Source of the DNA: Dehalococcoidia bacterium | GTDB lineage: Bacteria > Chloroflexota > Dehalococcoidia > UBA2979 | Assembly: GCA_029246995.1 (NCBI GenBank) | Contig: JAQWMB010000019.1 | Coordinates: forward strand, 3,483 to 67,482 | Reading direction: 5' to 3' | DNA: 64,000 nt | Shown: positions 51,255-61,343 of the stretch, in pieces | Numbering within the stretch: position 1 is the first letter of the stretch | Layout of the letters: every line of letters begins with the position of its first letter | Position numbers and translations under genes: made by a program | Notes under the pieces: model-generated | The model's database searches: none | The model's input: only the letters and a program-made list of their open reading frames with translations | What the model was told of the DNA's origin: nothing

Positions 51255-53663
51255 TTAATTAAATATGTTTTTTTCTTCTAATTCTTCTATTTCTTTGCTG
51301 GATAGATGCAGGACATTTGCAAGAATTTCTTGAGTATGCTCACCTAAAAGTGGAGCAGGGACAAGTAATGATTTTAAATTATCAATACGCCAAGGTACAC
51401 CGGGATGTTTTACGGTCCCGCCGGTTGGATGATTGGTTTCAATAATAAATTCTCTGTGTATCAACTGAGGATCAGATAATAAGTCATCTGGCTGTAAAAT
51501 TGGACCTGATTTAATTCCTTTTTTTTGTAACTTTGTTGTTAATTCAAGGTTAGTAAATGATTGCGTCCAAGATGCAATTATATTTTCTAATTCATCTTCA
51601 TGTTTTTTTCTATTCTCATTTTTATTGAATTTATTTGAGTTAAGGATTTCACTAGCTATACAATCTTTTAATTGCTCCCATTCTTCTTCAGAAGTTATTG
51701 AAATTGCAATCCATCGATCATAACCTCTAGTCGGAAAAAAACCATGCGGTGCATACTGATCACTTCTATTACCAATTCTGCTATGCTGGACATTGTTTAA
51801 TGTCGTATCGATAATAGCATTTGGAATTAAAGTGAGCATTGGTTCAAACATTGAACCATCTATGTATTGCCCTGTGTTTGTTAATTGAGCATCGATTAGT
51901 GATGCTATAATTGCGAAAACACCATAAGACCCTGCCAATGGATCTGGCATCACCGCTCCTAAAATTCTAGGCATGCCATCTTGATAGCCAGTTAGCTCAG
52001 CTACTCCACTAAATAAATTAATTGCACTATGTAATCCGCCATGACTTGCCATTGGCCCACTTCTACCAAAGGCTCCAAGTGATAATTGTACAATTTTAGG
52101 GTTTAATTCTCTAATGGTTTCTTTAGAAAGACCTAGCTTACTCATTACGCCTGTTTTGAAGTTATCTACCACTACATCAGCAGTTTTAATAATTTCTTTT
52201 GCAAGCTTTCGAGCTTCTTCGTTTTCTAGATCTAGCTGGATACTTTTTTTACCTTCGTTTAATAAATTGAAGTGGCCACTGTTATTATAGTGGTCCTCAT
52301 TATTAGCAAACGGAGCTGTCACACGAGTAGTCATATGTTTGCTAGTTTCAAATAGAATAACTTCTGCACCCATGCGTGACAGCCATTGCGTTGCAAATGG
52401 AAGAGCAACCACTTGTCCGAAGTCAGCTATTCTTATTCCTTGCAAAGGCAGCGTTGATTCTTTATTTTCTATTTCATGCAAAATAAGAGGATGCCTCTCG
52501 GATGACCATTGTAGATCATTATTAGATTGGTCTGGGTTTATTGAATGAATTTGAATTGGTGTTTTTTCTAATTTCATTTGTGGACCAGGCATACTAAATT
52601 TCTTTTTGTTGATATTTAGATTTAAAATACTTTCACGTTGTTTAACATGCTCAGAATTAAGCATGTCGCGAATACTGTAATATGCAAAAAATGGCAAACC
52701 ATTTTTATCAGCTAATTGAATAATCTCTTTTCCAGATAACTCCATAGTCCAATTGATAATTAATTGCCTCAAGGCATCCCAATTGGCTGTTCGATCGTAC
52801 ACATTAGCAAAAACTTCAGAATCTGCCCAATCTGGATTATCCATCATAATTTTCAATTTCTCCCATTGATGATCCCAAGGTGCAGCAATTGCAACATACC
52901 CATCTTTACAAGGAACATAATAATTTGGCATTCTTGATAATGACGTTGGCAATCGTCCAATAAGTAATTCCCCATAGGCCCAGGCAGTTAAATCCCTTTG
53001 TTCATAAGAAGCGACTGCTTCTTGTATGCTGACATCAACATGATGCCCATTCCCACTGTTGATTCTCTCAAATAATGCTAGGATTGTTGCATCAGCACCT
53101 ACAATTCCAGCAATGGATTCAGCAATATTTGTATTTGGATGTAATGGTGGCTCATTTTCTTGGTCAGTAACTACATCTGGTACTCCAGGAGAAGCATATG
53201 CCATGCCACTCATAGCATATACAATTAATTCATCAGCAAAAAAATCTGAATAAGGACCATCTAAGCCAAATGGGGTAATTGTAGTAAAAACTAATTTTTT
53301 AAATTGTGTAGTAATTGTTGCTGGGGTTAGCCCGATTGCATCTAAATCAGCAAATGAAAAATCTGTAATCAAAATATCAACAGTATCTAAAATATCCAAT
53401 AATTTTTCAAAGTCAGGTTTGTCATAAACATCAAGAGTAACTGATCGTTTATTTGTACTCGTATAGATAAACGATCCACTAAATTTTAGGTCCTCTTGAT
53501 TATCGGGGAATGGTCCAATTTTTCTTAGTGGATGGCCATCGTGATTCTCGATAATGACAACCTCTGCGCCATAATCGGCAAATTGCTTTGCTGCAATTGC
53601 ACCGCTGAATCCTTTTGTTAATTCAAGGACACGTAATCCTTTTAGTGCAGAAGAGTCACTCAT
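51255..53663 (-). CDS. double-domain family III (CaiB/BaiF) CoA-transferase
   Basis: There are two CoA-transferase III N-terminal signatures: LKGLRVLELTKGFSGAIAAKQFADYGAEVVIIE, and at about residue 430 LQGIRIADFGQVVALPFATQWLSRMGAEVILFE. ATG 53663 is preferred over track start 53738 because it gives an 8-nt overlap with the upstream stop. Confidence 0.8.
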   Translation of the reverse strand: MSDSSALKGLRVLELTKGFSGAIAAKQFADYGAEVVIIENHDGHPLRKIGPFPDNQEDLKFSGSFIYTSTNKRSVTLDVYDKPDFEKLLDILDTVDILITDFSFADLDAIGLTPATITTQFKKLVFTTITPFGLDGPYSDFFADELIVYAMSGMAYASPGVPDVVTDQENEPPLHPNTNIAESIAGIVGADATILALFERINSGNGHHVDVSIQEAVASYEQRDLTAWAYGELLIGRLPTSLSRMPNYYVPCKDGYVAIAAPWDHQWEKLKIMMDNPDWADSEVFANVYDRTANWDALRQLIINWTMELSGKEIIQLADKNGLPFFAYYSIRDMLNSEHVKQRESILNLNINKKKFSMPGPQMKLEKTPIQIHSINPDQSNNDLQWSSERHPLILHEIENKESTLPLQGIRIADFGQVVALPFATQWLSRMGAEVILFETSKHMTTRVTAPFANNEDHYNNSGHFNLLNEGKKSIQLDLENEEARKLAKEIIKTADVVVDNFKTGVMSKLGLSKETIRELNPKIVQLSLGAFGRSGPMASHGGLHSAINLFSGVAELTGYQDGMPRILGAVMPDPLAGSYGVFAIIASLIDAQLTNTGQYIDGSMFEPMLTLIPNAIIDTTLNNVQHSRIGNRSDQYAPHGFFPTRGYDRWIAISITSEEEWEQLKDCIASEILNSNKFNKNENRKKHEDELENIIASWTQSFTNLELTTKLQKKGIKSGPILQPDDLLSDPQLIHREFIIETNHPTGGTVKHPGVPWRIDNLKSLLVPAPLLGEHTQEILANVLHLSSKEIEELEEKNIFN

Positions 53664-54543
53664 TTTCTTCCTCGTCAGGCAACAAGGCAGATTTTGACCA
53701 ACTTCTTGGATCTCTTGATGGCCATGAATCATCTTCAACTTGATTTAAAAATTTTTCAATCATTTGATTAAATAGATCAGGCTCTTCAAGATTTACGGTA
53801 TGTCCAGTATTTGGAACAATAAATAATCCAGATGTAGGAATACATCTTTTCATAAAAATCGATGGTTCAAGGCAGGGCTCATCTTCATCACCAGTAATTA
53901 TTAATGCAGGTATATTAATTGCTTTCATTTCTTTTTCTAAAGAAAGAATTGAAGGTCGATTTCTTTGAACTCCTAACATTGTATTAGCATGTCCTAAAGA
54001 TGAAGAATTTTGAAAAAGTCTCTTAAATTCTTCCCAAGCTTTTCGGTCTTTGTTTTGAAGTTGAACTCTCGTAGCACTGACAGTATAAACATCTCCAAAC
54101 TTTTCGATACCTTCTTGAAGTATTCGATTTGCAACATGCTCTGCATCTTTTTCAAAATTACTACGGTCTTTTGTGCTGCCATATCCAACGCCCGCAATTG
54201 TTATAGATAAACATCTTTCAGGGAACTGAATCCCAAACAAAAGAGTAGCATAACCGCCCATCGACAATCCTATAATGTGTGCTTTTTCAATATTTAATTC
54301 ATCTAATATAGATAGAATATCCTGTACAGCAATGTCTTGCGAATAACTTTTCTCTGATTCTGGTACATCAGATGGAGGATAGCCACGAGCGTTATAGGTA
54401 ATTGCTTGATATTTTTCAGAAAAATATTCAACTTGCTTTGCCCAACTAGCGTGCTCTCCAGCAAATTCATGTACAAATACTACTGGAATTCCTGAACCAG
54501 TAACTTCGTAATATAATTGCACGTCATTATTTGTTAGCGACAT
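53656..54543 (-). CDS. alpha/beta hydrolase
   Basis: 295 aa with the oxyanion VVFVHEF, the nucleophile elbow GLSMGG and a C-terminal PNTGHTVNLE. Confidence 0.85.
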   Translation of the reverse strand: MSLTNNDVQLYYEVTGSGIPVVFVHEFAGEHASWAKQVEYFSEKYQAITYNARGYPPSDVPESEKSYSQDIAVQDILSILDELNIEKAHIIGLSMGGYATLLFGIQFPERCLSITIAGVGYGSTKDRSNFEKDAEHVANRILQEGIEKFGDVYTVSATRVQLQNKDRKAWEEFKRLFQNSSSLGHANTMLGVQRNRPSILSLEKEMKAINIPALIITGDEDEPCLEPSIFMKRCIPTSGLFIVPNTGHTVNLEEPDLFNQMIEKFLNQVEDDSWPSRDPRSWSKSALLPDEEENE

Positions 54544-54571
54544 TGACTATTTTTCTCTTTTTAATTATGAA

Positions 54572-55573
54572 TTATTTATTTCCGAATGTTTCAAAAATCT
54601 CGTCATAATATTGGAGATTCACCTCATGCTCAACGCCATGCCTTGGAGAAAAGAAAATAACTCTATCTAAAACCCCGTCATATCTGCCTACTTGGTCTCG
54701 AACATCTTGTGGAGTTCCATATAAACAACATGAATTTAACATATCATCACTAATTGCATCAGCAACATTTTCCATATCACCTGTACGAAATGCTTCTCTC
54801 ACTTCAACTTTTTCTTTTTCCCATCCTCCAGCATCAAAAATATTATCAAAGGCTTTTGGAGAAAGATAAAAACCAAGATTCTTTGCCGCATCACGTCTTG
54901 CAATAGATCTGTCTTTATGAATTGCTGTAATCACATCACTGGAAAAATTAAATTCATTTCTTTCTCTCGATCGCTCTTGTAAACCTTCACCAATAATTGG
55001 AAGCACTGAATTTTTAAGATGTTGCATGCTATTAATTGGATGACCAATTAAACCATCAGCGACACGTCCTGCTACTTTTAATGAAAACTTATTAACCGCA
55101 GCTAAATATATTGGTAGTGGATGCTTGCAAACGATACCTCTCGATCCTCTAAGTTGAAAGAATTTTTTTTCCCAAACCACAGGTTCTCCATTTAATGACA
55201 TTACATGTTTAATCAATTCAATAAATTCTTGTACTCTTGGTGCGGGATGCTCAGCTTGATCACCAAAAATTCCGAAAAAACGATTTAACTGTGGTTTTAC
55301 TCCTGATCCAATGCCAAACATGCATCTGCCATCAGATAATTCTTGGAGATCGATCATGCTGACGATGTGAGCTATTGGATTCATTAAAGGTTGCACAACT
55401 ACAGCAGTGCCAAGTTTGATTTTTTTTGTTGCTTGCGCAAAAGCTGCTAGTCTTACGTATCCTTGCGGACCACTGACCCATGCACTTTCAAATCCTGCTG
55501 CTTCAGCTTTTTGAACTATTTTTAGCCCTTCATTAATAGGAATTTCTATTGGGGCGATTCCATATTCTGGCAT
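54572..55573 (-). CDS. luciferase-like (LLM class) flavin/F420-dependent oxidoreductase
   Basis: 333 aa with a TIM-barrel LLM pattern (AEAAGFESAWVS...; GIGSG). Confidence 0.75.
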   Translation of the reverse strand: MPEYGIAPIEIPINEGLKIVQKAEAAGFESAWVSGPQGYVRLAAFAQATKKIKLGTAVVVQPLMNPIAHIVSMIDLQELSDGRCMFGIGSGVKPQLNRFFGIFGDQAEHPAPRVQEFIELIKHVMSLNGEPVVWEKKFFQLRGSRGIVCKHPLPIYLAAVNKFSLKVAGRVADGLIGHPINSMQHLKNSVLPIIGEGLQERSRERNEFNFSSDVITAIHKDRSIARRDAAKNLGFYLSPKAFDNIFDAGGWEKEKVEVREAFRTGDMENVADAISDDMLNSCCLYGTPQDVRDQVGRYDGVLDRVIFFSPRHGVEHEVNLQYYDEIFETFGNK

Positions 55574-55630
55574 AAATTTCTCCTTAATTGTTATTGAATA
55601 AAGATAGCTTGATTATCTACACATTGTACA

Positions 55631-56719
55631 TTATTGAAATGCAGGAATAATTTCTTTTCCAAATTTTTTCATTGATTCTTGTACTTTTACTTGATCCATG
55701 TCGCCCCAATCAAAACAAGCCATTAAGGAACGGATATCTTTTTTATCAAGTTCGTCAATTTTTTCTTTTACAGTTTTTACTGAACCATAAATAACACCTC
55801 TTTGTAGGTAATCGGCAACTCCCTCATCTGGAGTAAAAACTGGGGAGCTCCATTTTTGTGAATCGTGACCCTTGGCTTTTTCCTCTTGATTGCTTTCCTC
55901 TGGGTTAAATTTTGCTCGTGTAGTTAGTAGATGTTTACGCAACCTGTGTGTAGGCTCTTGGACATTTTCATAAGCTTCTTCATCTGTCTCAGCAACATGA
56001 ATACTGCGTTGTAAAGTGGAAATGTTTAAATTATTTTGTACACTTTGCTCAGAATGACCAGCAGACTCCATTTGTTCTTTATAGAAATTTAATCTTTCTA
56101 CTGCTATTTCAATTCCCATTCTTGGGAGCATAATTGGACAATTGTTAATTGCTGCCCATGCTAATGTTTCGTTAGACGAACCAGACATTTGGATGAGAGG
56201 ATGTGGTGTTTGTACTGGCTTTGGTCTTACGCCAGGTATTGAAAGATTGAAAAAATTGCCATTATAATTTAGTGGCTCGCCATTTGCTTGCCATGCTTTT
56301 TTCATATAATCAACTCCTTCAAACATGCGTTCTCTATGTTCAGTTTCATCGCCATCAACTCCGAATGCTACATATTCAAATTCGTTAAATTTTGAACCAC
56401 GCCCAATTCCTACAGTTAGTCTTCCATTCAATAGATTATCCAATAAGCTTGTTTGTAAAAGAATACGAGTTGGATGATGGATAGCCATTTGCAATATAGC
56501 AAAACCTATTCGTATTTTTTTTGTTCTTTGTGCAAGCGCTGCAGCCAATGGTATGGGGTCTCCATATGCGTCTTCTCCAGTAAAGTTATGCTCAGTCAAC
56601 CAAGCACATTCAAACCCAAGATTTTCTGCTAATTCAATACAGTCAAATTGCTGATTAATAACTCTGTAATCTTCTTCTGGAGATGGACTTAAAGGTAAAT
56701 GGAAAGTTCCGAATTGCAT
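55631..56719 (-). CDS. luciferase-like (LLM class) flavin-dependent monooxygenase
   Basis: 362 aa with MQFGTF...AENLGFECAWLTEHNF and GIGRGS. Confidence 0.78.
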   Translation of the reverse strand: MQFGTFHLPLSPSPEEDYRVINQQFDCIELAENLGFECAWLTEHNFTGEDAYGDPIPLAAALAQRTKKIRIGFAILQMAIHHPTRILLQTSLLDNLLNGRLTVGIGRGSKFNEFEYVAFGVDGDETEHRERMFEGVDYMKKAWQANGEPLNYNGNFFNLSIPGVRPKPVQTPHPLIQMSGSSNETLAWAAINNCPIMLPRMGIEIAVERLNFYKEQMESAGHSEQSVQNNLNISTLQRSIHVAETDEEAYENVQEPTHRLRKHLLTTRAKFNPEESNQEEKAKGHDSQKWSSPVFTPDEGVADYLQRGVIYGSVKTVKEKIDELDKKDIRSLMACFDWGDMDQVKVQESMKKFGKEIIPAFQ

Positions 56720-56779
56720 TTTTGTTTTCCTTAATTAGGTTCATACTTTAACTACTTGATAATATGTTCAGTATGCACT

Positions 56780-57658
56780 TTATGCAAGCATAACTGTGCC
56801 TACAATGACTTCTTCTGTATTATCTTTTTCAGCCCATACACGCAAAAATCCTTCTTCAATTTCTGAATAGAATGCATTTATTTGTTCACCTGCCCATACT
56901 GGCCTAACAAATTTTAATGACATTTTACCTCCTGATGTAAAGCGATCAGAAAAATCATTGGCTATCAGTCTTGAAATTAAACCAAAACCAAATGCACCTT
57001 GGGATAATGGGCCAGGATTTCCTTGTTTTTTTGCTAAGTCGACATTAGTGTGACCATTAATTTCGCCAGGGCCTTCAAATTGATTCATGCGATCCTGTGA
57101 TAATAATAATTGCAAATGATTGGACTCAAAATTATCTGGGCGGGGTGGTATTGGCTTGCTAGCATTTTTTTCAGGATGCTTATCAAGCTCATCTTCAGGA
57201 ATTGCAAAATACCAACTTCTTCTATTTTTTTGAATTAATTTATCTTGATCGAATATTGATGTTTCCCAATCGACATATCCTCGGCCTTTTCGAATCGATT
57301 TCTCTATAACATTGCCGGAAACAGTCAAGTCAATACCACGAGGTATATTTTCTATAAAGTCTATTTCTAATGATGCTAGTCCAGCAGAAATATCACGAAA
57401 AGGAGTAATGACATTTTGTCCAGAATAATAACTGATATAACTTGGAGCATAGTTATTATAGAGTTCTGTATTATCATCGTATAGTTCACAGCACCTTATA
57501 ATGTCCTTTTCTGAAATATTCATTACGCATGCATTAGGTAATGGACCTAATTTAAAATCATTCCAACTGATACTACGAGAATCTTGTTTTTTTTCAATTT
57601 TATTTATGGCAGGTATATTTATTAATTCTTCACTCATTTTACTTACCTCAGAAAACAT
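56780..57658 (-). CDS. fused double-hotdog (MaoC_dehydrat_N + MaoC) hydratase-like protein
   Basis: 292 aa. The C-terminal half carries HTNVDLAKKQGNPGPLSQG, a MaoC-like motif. The N-terminal half is hotdog-sized. Confidence 0.6.
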   Translation of the reverse strand: MFSEVSKMSEELINIPAINKIEKKQDSRSISWNDFKLGPLPNACVMNISEKDIIRCCELYDDNTELYNNYAPSYISYYSGQNVITPFRDISAGLASLEIDFIENIPRGIDLTVSGNVIEKSIRKGRGYVDWETSIFDQDKLIQKNRRSWYFAIPEDELDKHPEKNASKPIPPRPDNFESNHLQLLLSQDRMNQFEGPGEINGHTNVDLAKKQGNPGPLSQGAFGFGLISRLIANDFSDRFTSGGKMSLKFVRPVWAGEQINAFYSEIEEGFLRVWAEKDNTEEVIVGTVMLA

Positions 57659-57708
57659 ATTACATGAAATTATAATCTATTAATATAAATATATTTGAAA
57701 TATGACGC

Positions 57709-59259
57709 ATGAAGTGTTTAAATAGATTTTATAACATTTTTGAAAGTTTGCTTATGTCACAAAAATTAATTATTGCAACTCCTCCAACAACAAATGGATT
57801 TGACGCTGAATCAAGGGGCTTAAACGGTCTCTTTATTAGGATGTGTTATAGTAGATTGTTTGCGTATCCTGCAATTGAAGATGAGGATGGCAATCTAGTG
57901 GGTGATACTTCTAAAGTTATTGGAGTACTTGCTGATAGCTATGAAGTTTCAGAAGATAAAATGACTTATCTTGTCAATCTTAAGAAAGGCATTAAATCAT
58001 TTTATGGCAATGAATTGACAGCTAAAGATGTTGTATGGGGGTGGCAGAGAGCTTTTGCACTAAGAGATGTGGGTAAATGGGTTGCAATTATTGGTTCAGT
58101 TGTAAGTTCTGACTCAGTTGAATCGATTAGCGATTATCAAGTTAAATTTTCTTTAAGAGCCCCAAATCTAACCTTTTTACAACAATTAACTCGTGTTACT
58201 CCAGTGATTAATGATTCTACTGAAGCGTTAAAGCATGTTACCTCTGATGATCCTTGGGCCAGTAAATGGCTTTTTTCTAACCCTTGTGGATTTGGTCCAT
58301 ATCATCTTGATTCTCTTGATCCATGGAGGCAGGCGACATTTACAATAAATCCGAATTTTTATGAAGCACCTAATATTAAAGAAGTACAAGTCTTATTTGA
58401 ATCTAGCTCACGAAAGCGTGCCGCATTGCTTTCACAAGGAGAAGTAGATCTGATTCCAAACTTAGAAACTTCCCTTAAAGAATCATTGACAAATCAAAAC
58501 AATATTGTTGTAAGTCAAATTCCTTCAGGTAGGCATGCCGTTCTTGGTATGCATTTTAATCATAAGCCATTTGATGAACCATTAGTTCGTAAGGCAATTG
58601 CTTGTGCAATTCCTTACGATGCGATCATACAAGAGGCTTATCATCAAGCAGCTCATCGTTGGACCAGTCCAATGCCAATGGGAACACCCATGGCACTTGA
58701 TGTAGATTGGCCATACAATTATAACTTAGAACAAGCTCAAAAATTTCTTTTGCAGACTGACTACAAAGATGGATTTGAATCTGATTTATTTGTAGATGCA
58801 GCTGATGCAGAACACGTTGCGATGGCTGAATTAATCGCCCATTCTTTAAAAAGCATCAATATAAATATCAATATTGAAAAAATGGAGTCAGGATTATTTT
58901 GGGCTGGCGCTAGATATTTCAGACCATTTTCAATGTTAATATATGAAGATCTGCATCAAGTCCCTGATCCTTATTATACTTTAGTGCATGATTACACTAC
59001 TGGAGGAATGGGCCTTATTAATGTTGGTCAGTATCATAATGAAGAGTTAATGGATATTATAAAATCAATTGAATCCGCTGGTGTTATAGGGGAGCGTCAG
59101 GTCTTAGTAGAACAAGCACAAGAAATTATTATCGATGATTGTCCTTATGCAAATTTAGTAGCGCCTGATTTCCTAGCTGCACATAGTAGTAAAATAAATA
59201 ATTGTTATTGGGCTCCTGATCGGAGCTTAGCAGTTGAAAAAATCTCTTTTAAAAATTAG
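57709..59259 (+). CDS. family-5 ABC substrate-binding-protein homologue with no signal peptide (start uncertain: 57709 or 57754)
   Basis: 516 aa with an SBP_bac_5-like pattern (DSYEVSEDKMTYLVNLKKGIKSFYGNELTAKDVVW). The N-terminus, from either candidate Met, has no hydrophobic or Tat signal. Confidence 0.7.
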   Translation: MKCLNRFYNIFESLLMSQKLIIATPPTTNGFDAESRGLNGLFIRMCYSRLFAYPAIEDEDGNLVGDTSKVIGVLADSYEVSEDKMTYLVNLKKGIKSFYGNELTAKDVVWGWQRAFALRDVGKWVAIIGSVVSSDSVESISDYQVKFSLRAPNLTFLQQLTRVTPVINDSTEALKHVTSDDPWASKWLFSNPCGFGPYHLDSLDPWRQATFTINPNFYEAPNIKEVQVLFESSSRKRAALLSQGEVDLIPNLETSLKESLTNQNNIVVSQIPSGRHAVLGMHFNHKPFDEPLVRKAIACAIPYDAIIQEAYHQAAHRWTSPMPMGTPMALDVDWPYNYNLEQAQKFLLQTDYKDGFESDLFVDAADAEHVAMAELIAHSLKSINININIEKMESGLFWAGARYFRPFSMLIYEDLHQVPDPYYTLVHDYTTGGMGLINVGQYHNEELMDIIKSIESAGVIGERQVLVEQAQEIIIDDCPYANLVAPDFLAAHSSKINNCYWAPDRSLAVEKISFKN

Positions 59260-59274
59260 ATTAGTGAACTAAAT

Positions 59275-60519
59275 TTGTTAAAAAAACTTTTTCCTAATAT
59301 TTATGAAGGCTGGATTGTCGTTGTGGCATCAAGTTTTATCATGATGCTATCAGGTAGCACTTTCTTTTATGGCCTTAGTGCTATTTTTACTTCATTGCTA
59401 ATTGATTTTAATTGGAGTGTTGCTTCATTGTCCTTAGCCTTTTCTTTAAGAACTGAAGTCCAAGGCCTTACGGGCCCAATCATAGGTTTAAGTATTGATA
59501 GGCTTGGCCCAAGGTTTACAATTATTATGGGTATTTTAATCGCAGGGATTGCACTTTTTTGTCTTTCTCTAATTACAAACTTAGTACAATTTTATATCGT
59601 CATGTTAATTTCTGCACTTGGCATTGGAGCAGCAGGAGGACAAGTAGGGATGGCTGCTGTAGTTACTTGGTTTTCAAAGAAAAGATCTAGGGCACTCTCA
59701 ATAATGACAGTCGGTGGTGGTATATCTGGTGCATTAGTATTTATAGTTGCATGGCTAGTTGAATTTTATGGCTGGCGAACAGCAGTGCAAATCTTATCAA
59801 TATATTATTTATTAATGGGGTTATTTTTTGCAATCAATGTTAGATCTCGTCCAGACAACCATCATCAACCAATTGATGGCATTATTTTGGAATCAGAAGA
59901 CAAGATTTCACATGTCGCTCGTGGAGTGGGCTTACGCCAAGCATTAAAAACTCAATCACTTTGGGCTATAGCTTTTTCAACATCCCTGTGCTTGTTTGCT
60001 GGAGTGCCCGTCATTCTTCTAACAATCCCATTCTTAGAATCTCTTGAATACCCAAAGACTACTGCGAGTATTGGTATGATTGCATTTACGATTTCTACTG
60101 TTCTTGGGCGATTGGGCTCTGGTTATTTAGGAGATAAGTATAGTAATAAATTAATTTTACTGATTGGATACATACTTGTTAGTATTGGCACTGGGTTATT
60201 GTTTTTTGCACAAGATATATATTCTACTATGTGTTTTCTTTTAATTATTGGACCCGGATTTGGTGCAACAATTCCTCTTAGAGCATCATTAATAGCTGAA
60301 TACTTTGGTACTATTAATTTTGGTACTATTAATGGCTTTGTTGTCTTTATATCAACTTTAGGAGCTGTTTTTGGTCCATGGATAGTGGGAATAATCGTTG
60401 ATTCTTCAGGTAGTTACAGTTTAGGTTGGTTGATTTCAGGCATTGTTGCATTTTTAGCAGTTCCTGTTTTGATGATATTTGTAAAACCAATAGAAAAGTG
60501 TAAGGATAGCAATTTATGA
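59275..60519 (+). CDS. MFS transporter (oxalate/formate-antiporter-like class)
   Basis: 414 aa with 12 predicted TM segments. TTG start. Confidence 0.8.
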   Translation: MLKKLFPNIYEGWIVVVASSFIMMLSGSTFFYGLSAIFTSLLIDFNWSVASLSLAFSLRTEVQGLTGPIIGLSIDRLGPRFTIIMGILIAGIALFCLSLITNLVQFYIVMLISALGIGAAGGQVGMAAVVTWFSKKRSRALSIMTVGGGISGALVFIVAWLVEFYGWRTAVQILSIYYLLMGLFFAINVRSRPDNHHQPIDGIILESEDKISHVARGVGLRQALKTQSLWAIAFSTSLCLFAGVPVILLTIPFLESLEYPKTTASIGMIAFTISTVLGRLGSGYLGDKYSNKLILLIGYILVSIGTGLLFFAQDIYSTMCFLLIIGPGFGATIPLRASLIAEYFGTINFGTINGFVVFISTLGAVFGPWIVGIIVDSSGSYSLGWLISGIVAFLAVPVLMIFVKPIEKCKDSNL

Positions 60520-61342
60520 ATAAAAAAAGTTATTTGTTAATAATGTTAATCTTACTTATACAGATTCACAAAATGGATATCCAGTTATTTTTCAACATGG
60601 TTATACAAATTCAAAAAAAGTTTGGCAAGAAATTACTCCTCATATTCAATCTGATTATAGATGTATAACCTTTGATTCAAGGGGTTGTGGTGAAAGCGAT
60701 AGGCCAATTGATGGATTTACATTAGATGGGTATGTTAAAGATATAATTAGCTTGGCAGATAAACTTAATATTGATAAATTTCACTTTGTTGGCCATAGTA
60801 TGGGTGGCTTAATTGGTATGTGGTTAGCACATTGTTTTCCAAAAAGAATTGATAAAATGATTTTAATTGCACCTGCTCCTTCAGTAGGGGTGAGAGATGG
60901 ATTACTATTTGATGACATGATGAAGCGAAATCGAAGAATTAGAAAAGATCAAGATATAGATTTATTAATAAAAGAAAGAATAAAAACTTCGAGTTTACCA
61001 ATCACTGAAGAGCAAGCTAGAGAACGATCTCTTGATTTTTTAGATGTTAGTGATGAACATTTTGAACAATCTGGAAAAATGATTGCAAGTGCAAATATCA
61101 GAAAAGAATTAGAATTAATAACTAATGATGTAATGTATATTGTTGGAGCAGCTGATTTTTTATTGAAAGATAATTTAGAAGATTTTTTAGTAATGAAGAA
61201 TGCTTCATTGCATGTATTTAGTAGAATAGGACATAGTATTCCTCGAGAAATTCCCATAGAATGCTCACAAGTAATAAAAGATTTTTTCAAACATGGTGTT
61301 GTTAATTTCAAAACATTAACTCAAAAAGTAAGTGATTCATAA
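60516..61342 (+). pseudogene. alpha/beta hydrolase with its reading frame broken at an A7 tract (60522-60528)
   Basis: ATG 60516 overlaps the MFS stop (ATGA). Reading ATG AAT AAA AAA then shifting -1 (equivalent to A8) gives MNKKKLFVNNVNLTYTDSQNGYPVIFQHGYTNSKKVW...FDSRGCGESD..., which is continuous with track ORF 60752-61342 (GHSMGG nucleophile elbow). The 76 conserved codons 60524-60751 contain no ATG, GTG or TTG. Confidence 0.8.
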
Positions 61343-61343
61343 T

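Noticed and set aside
53664-53738. The longer N-terminal extensions offered by the track for the CoA-transferase (start 53738), MaoC (47075), DinB-like (22409) and gamma-CA-like (61332) genes.
   Set aside because: Each extension overlaps the upstream gene by 11-86 nt and adds non-conserved residues. Internal ATGs (53663, 47150, 22490, 61344) give typical family N-termini and tight coupling to the upstream stop.
60516-60530. A programmed -1 ribosomal frameshift on the A-run as the intended expression mode of the alpha/beta hydrolase.
   Set aside because: The site is at codons 3-5, I see no downstream stimulatory structure, and the 0-frame heptamer is T AAA AAA rather than a canonical X XXY YYZ. 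A homopolymer error or a real indel is more parsimonious. It is kept as a minor alternative in the finding.
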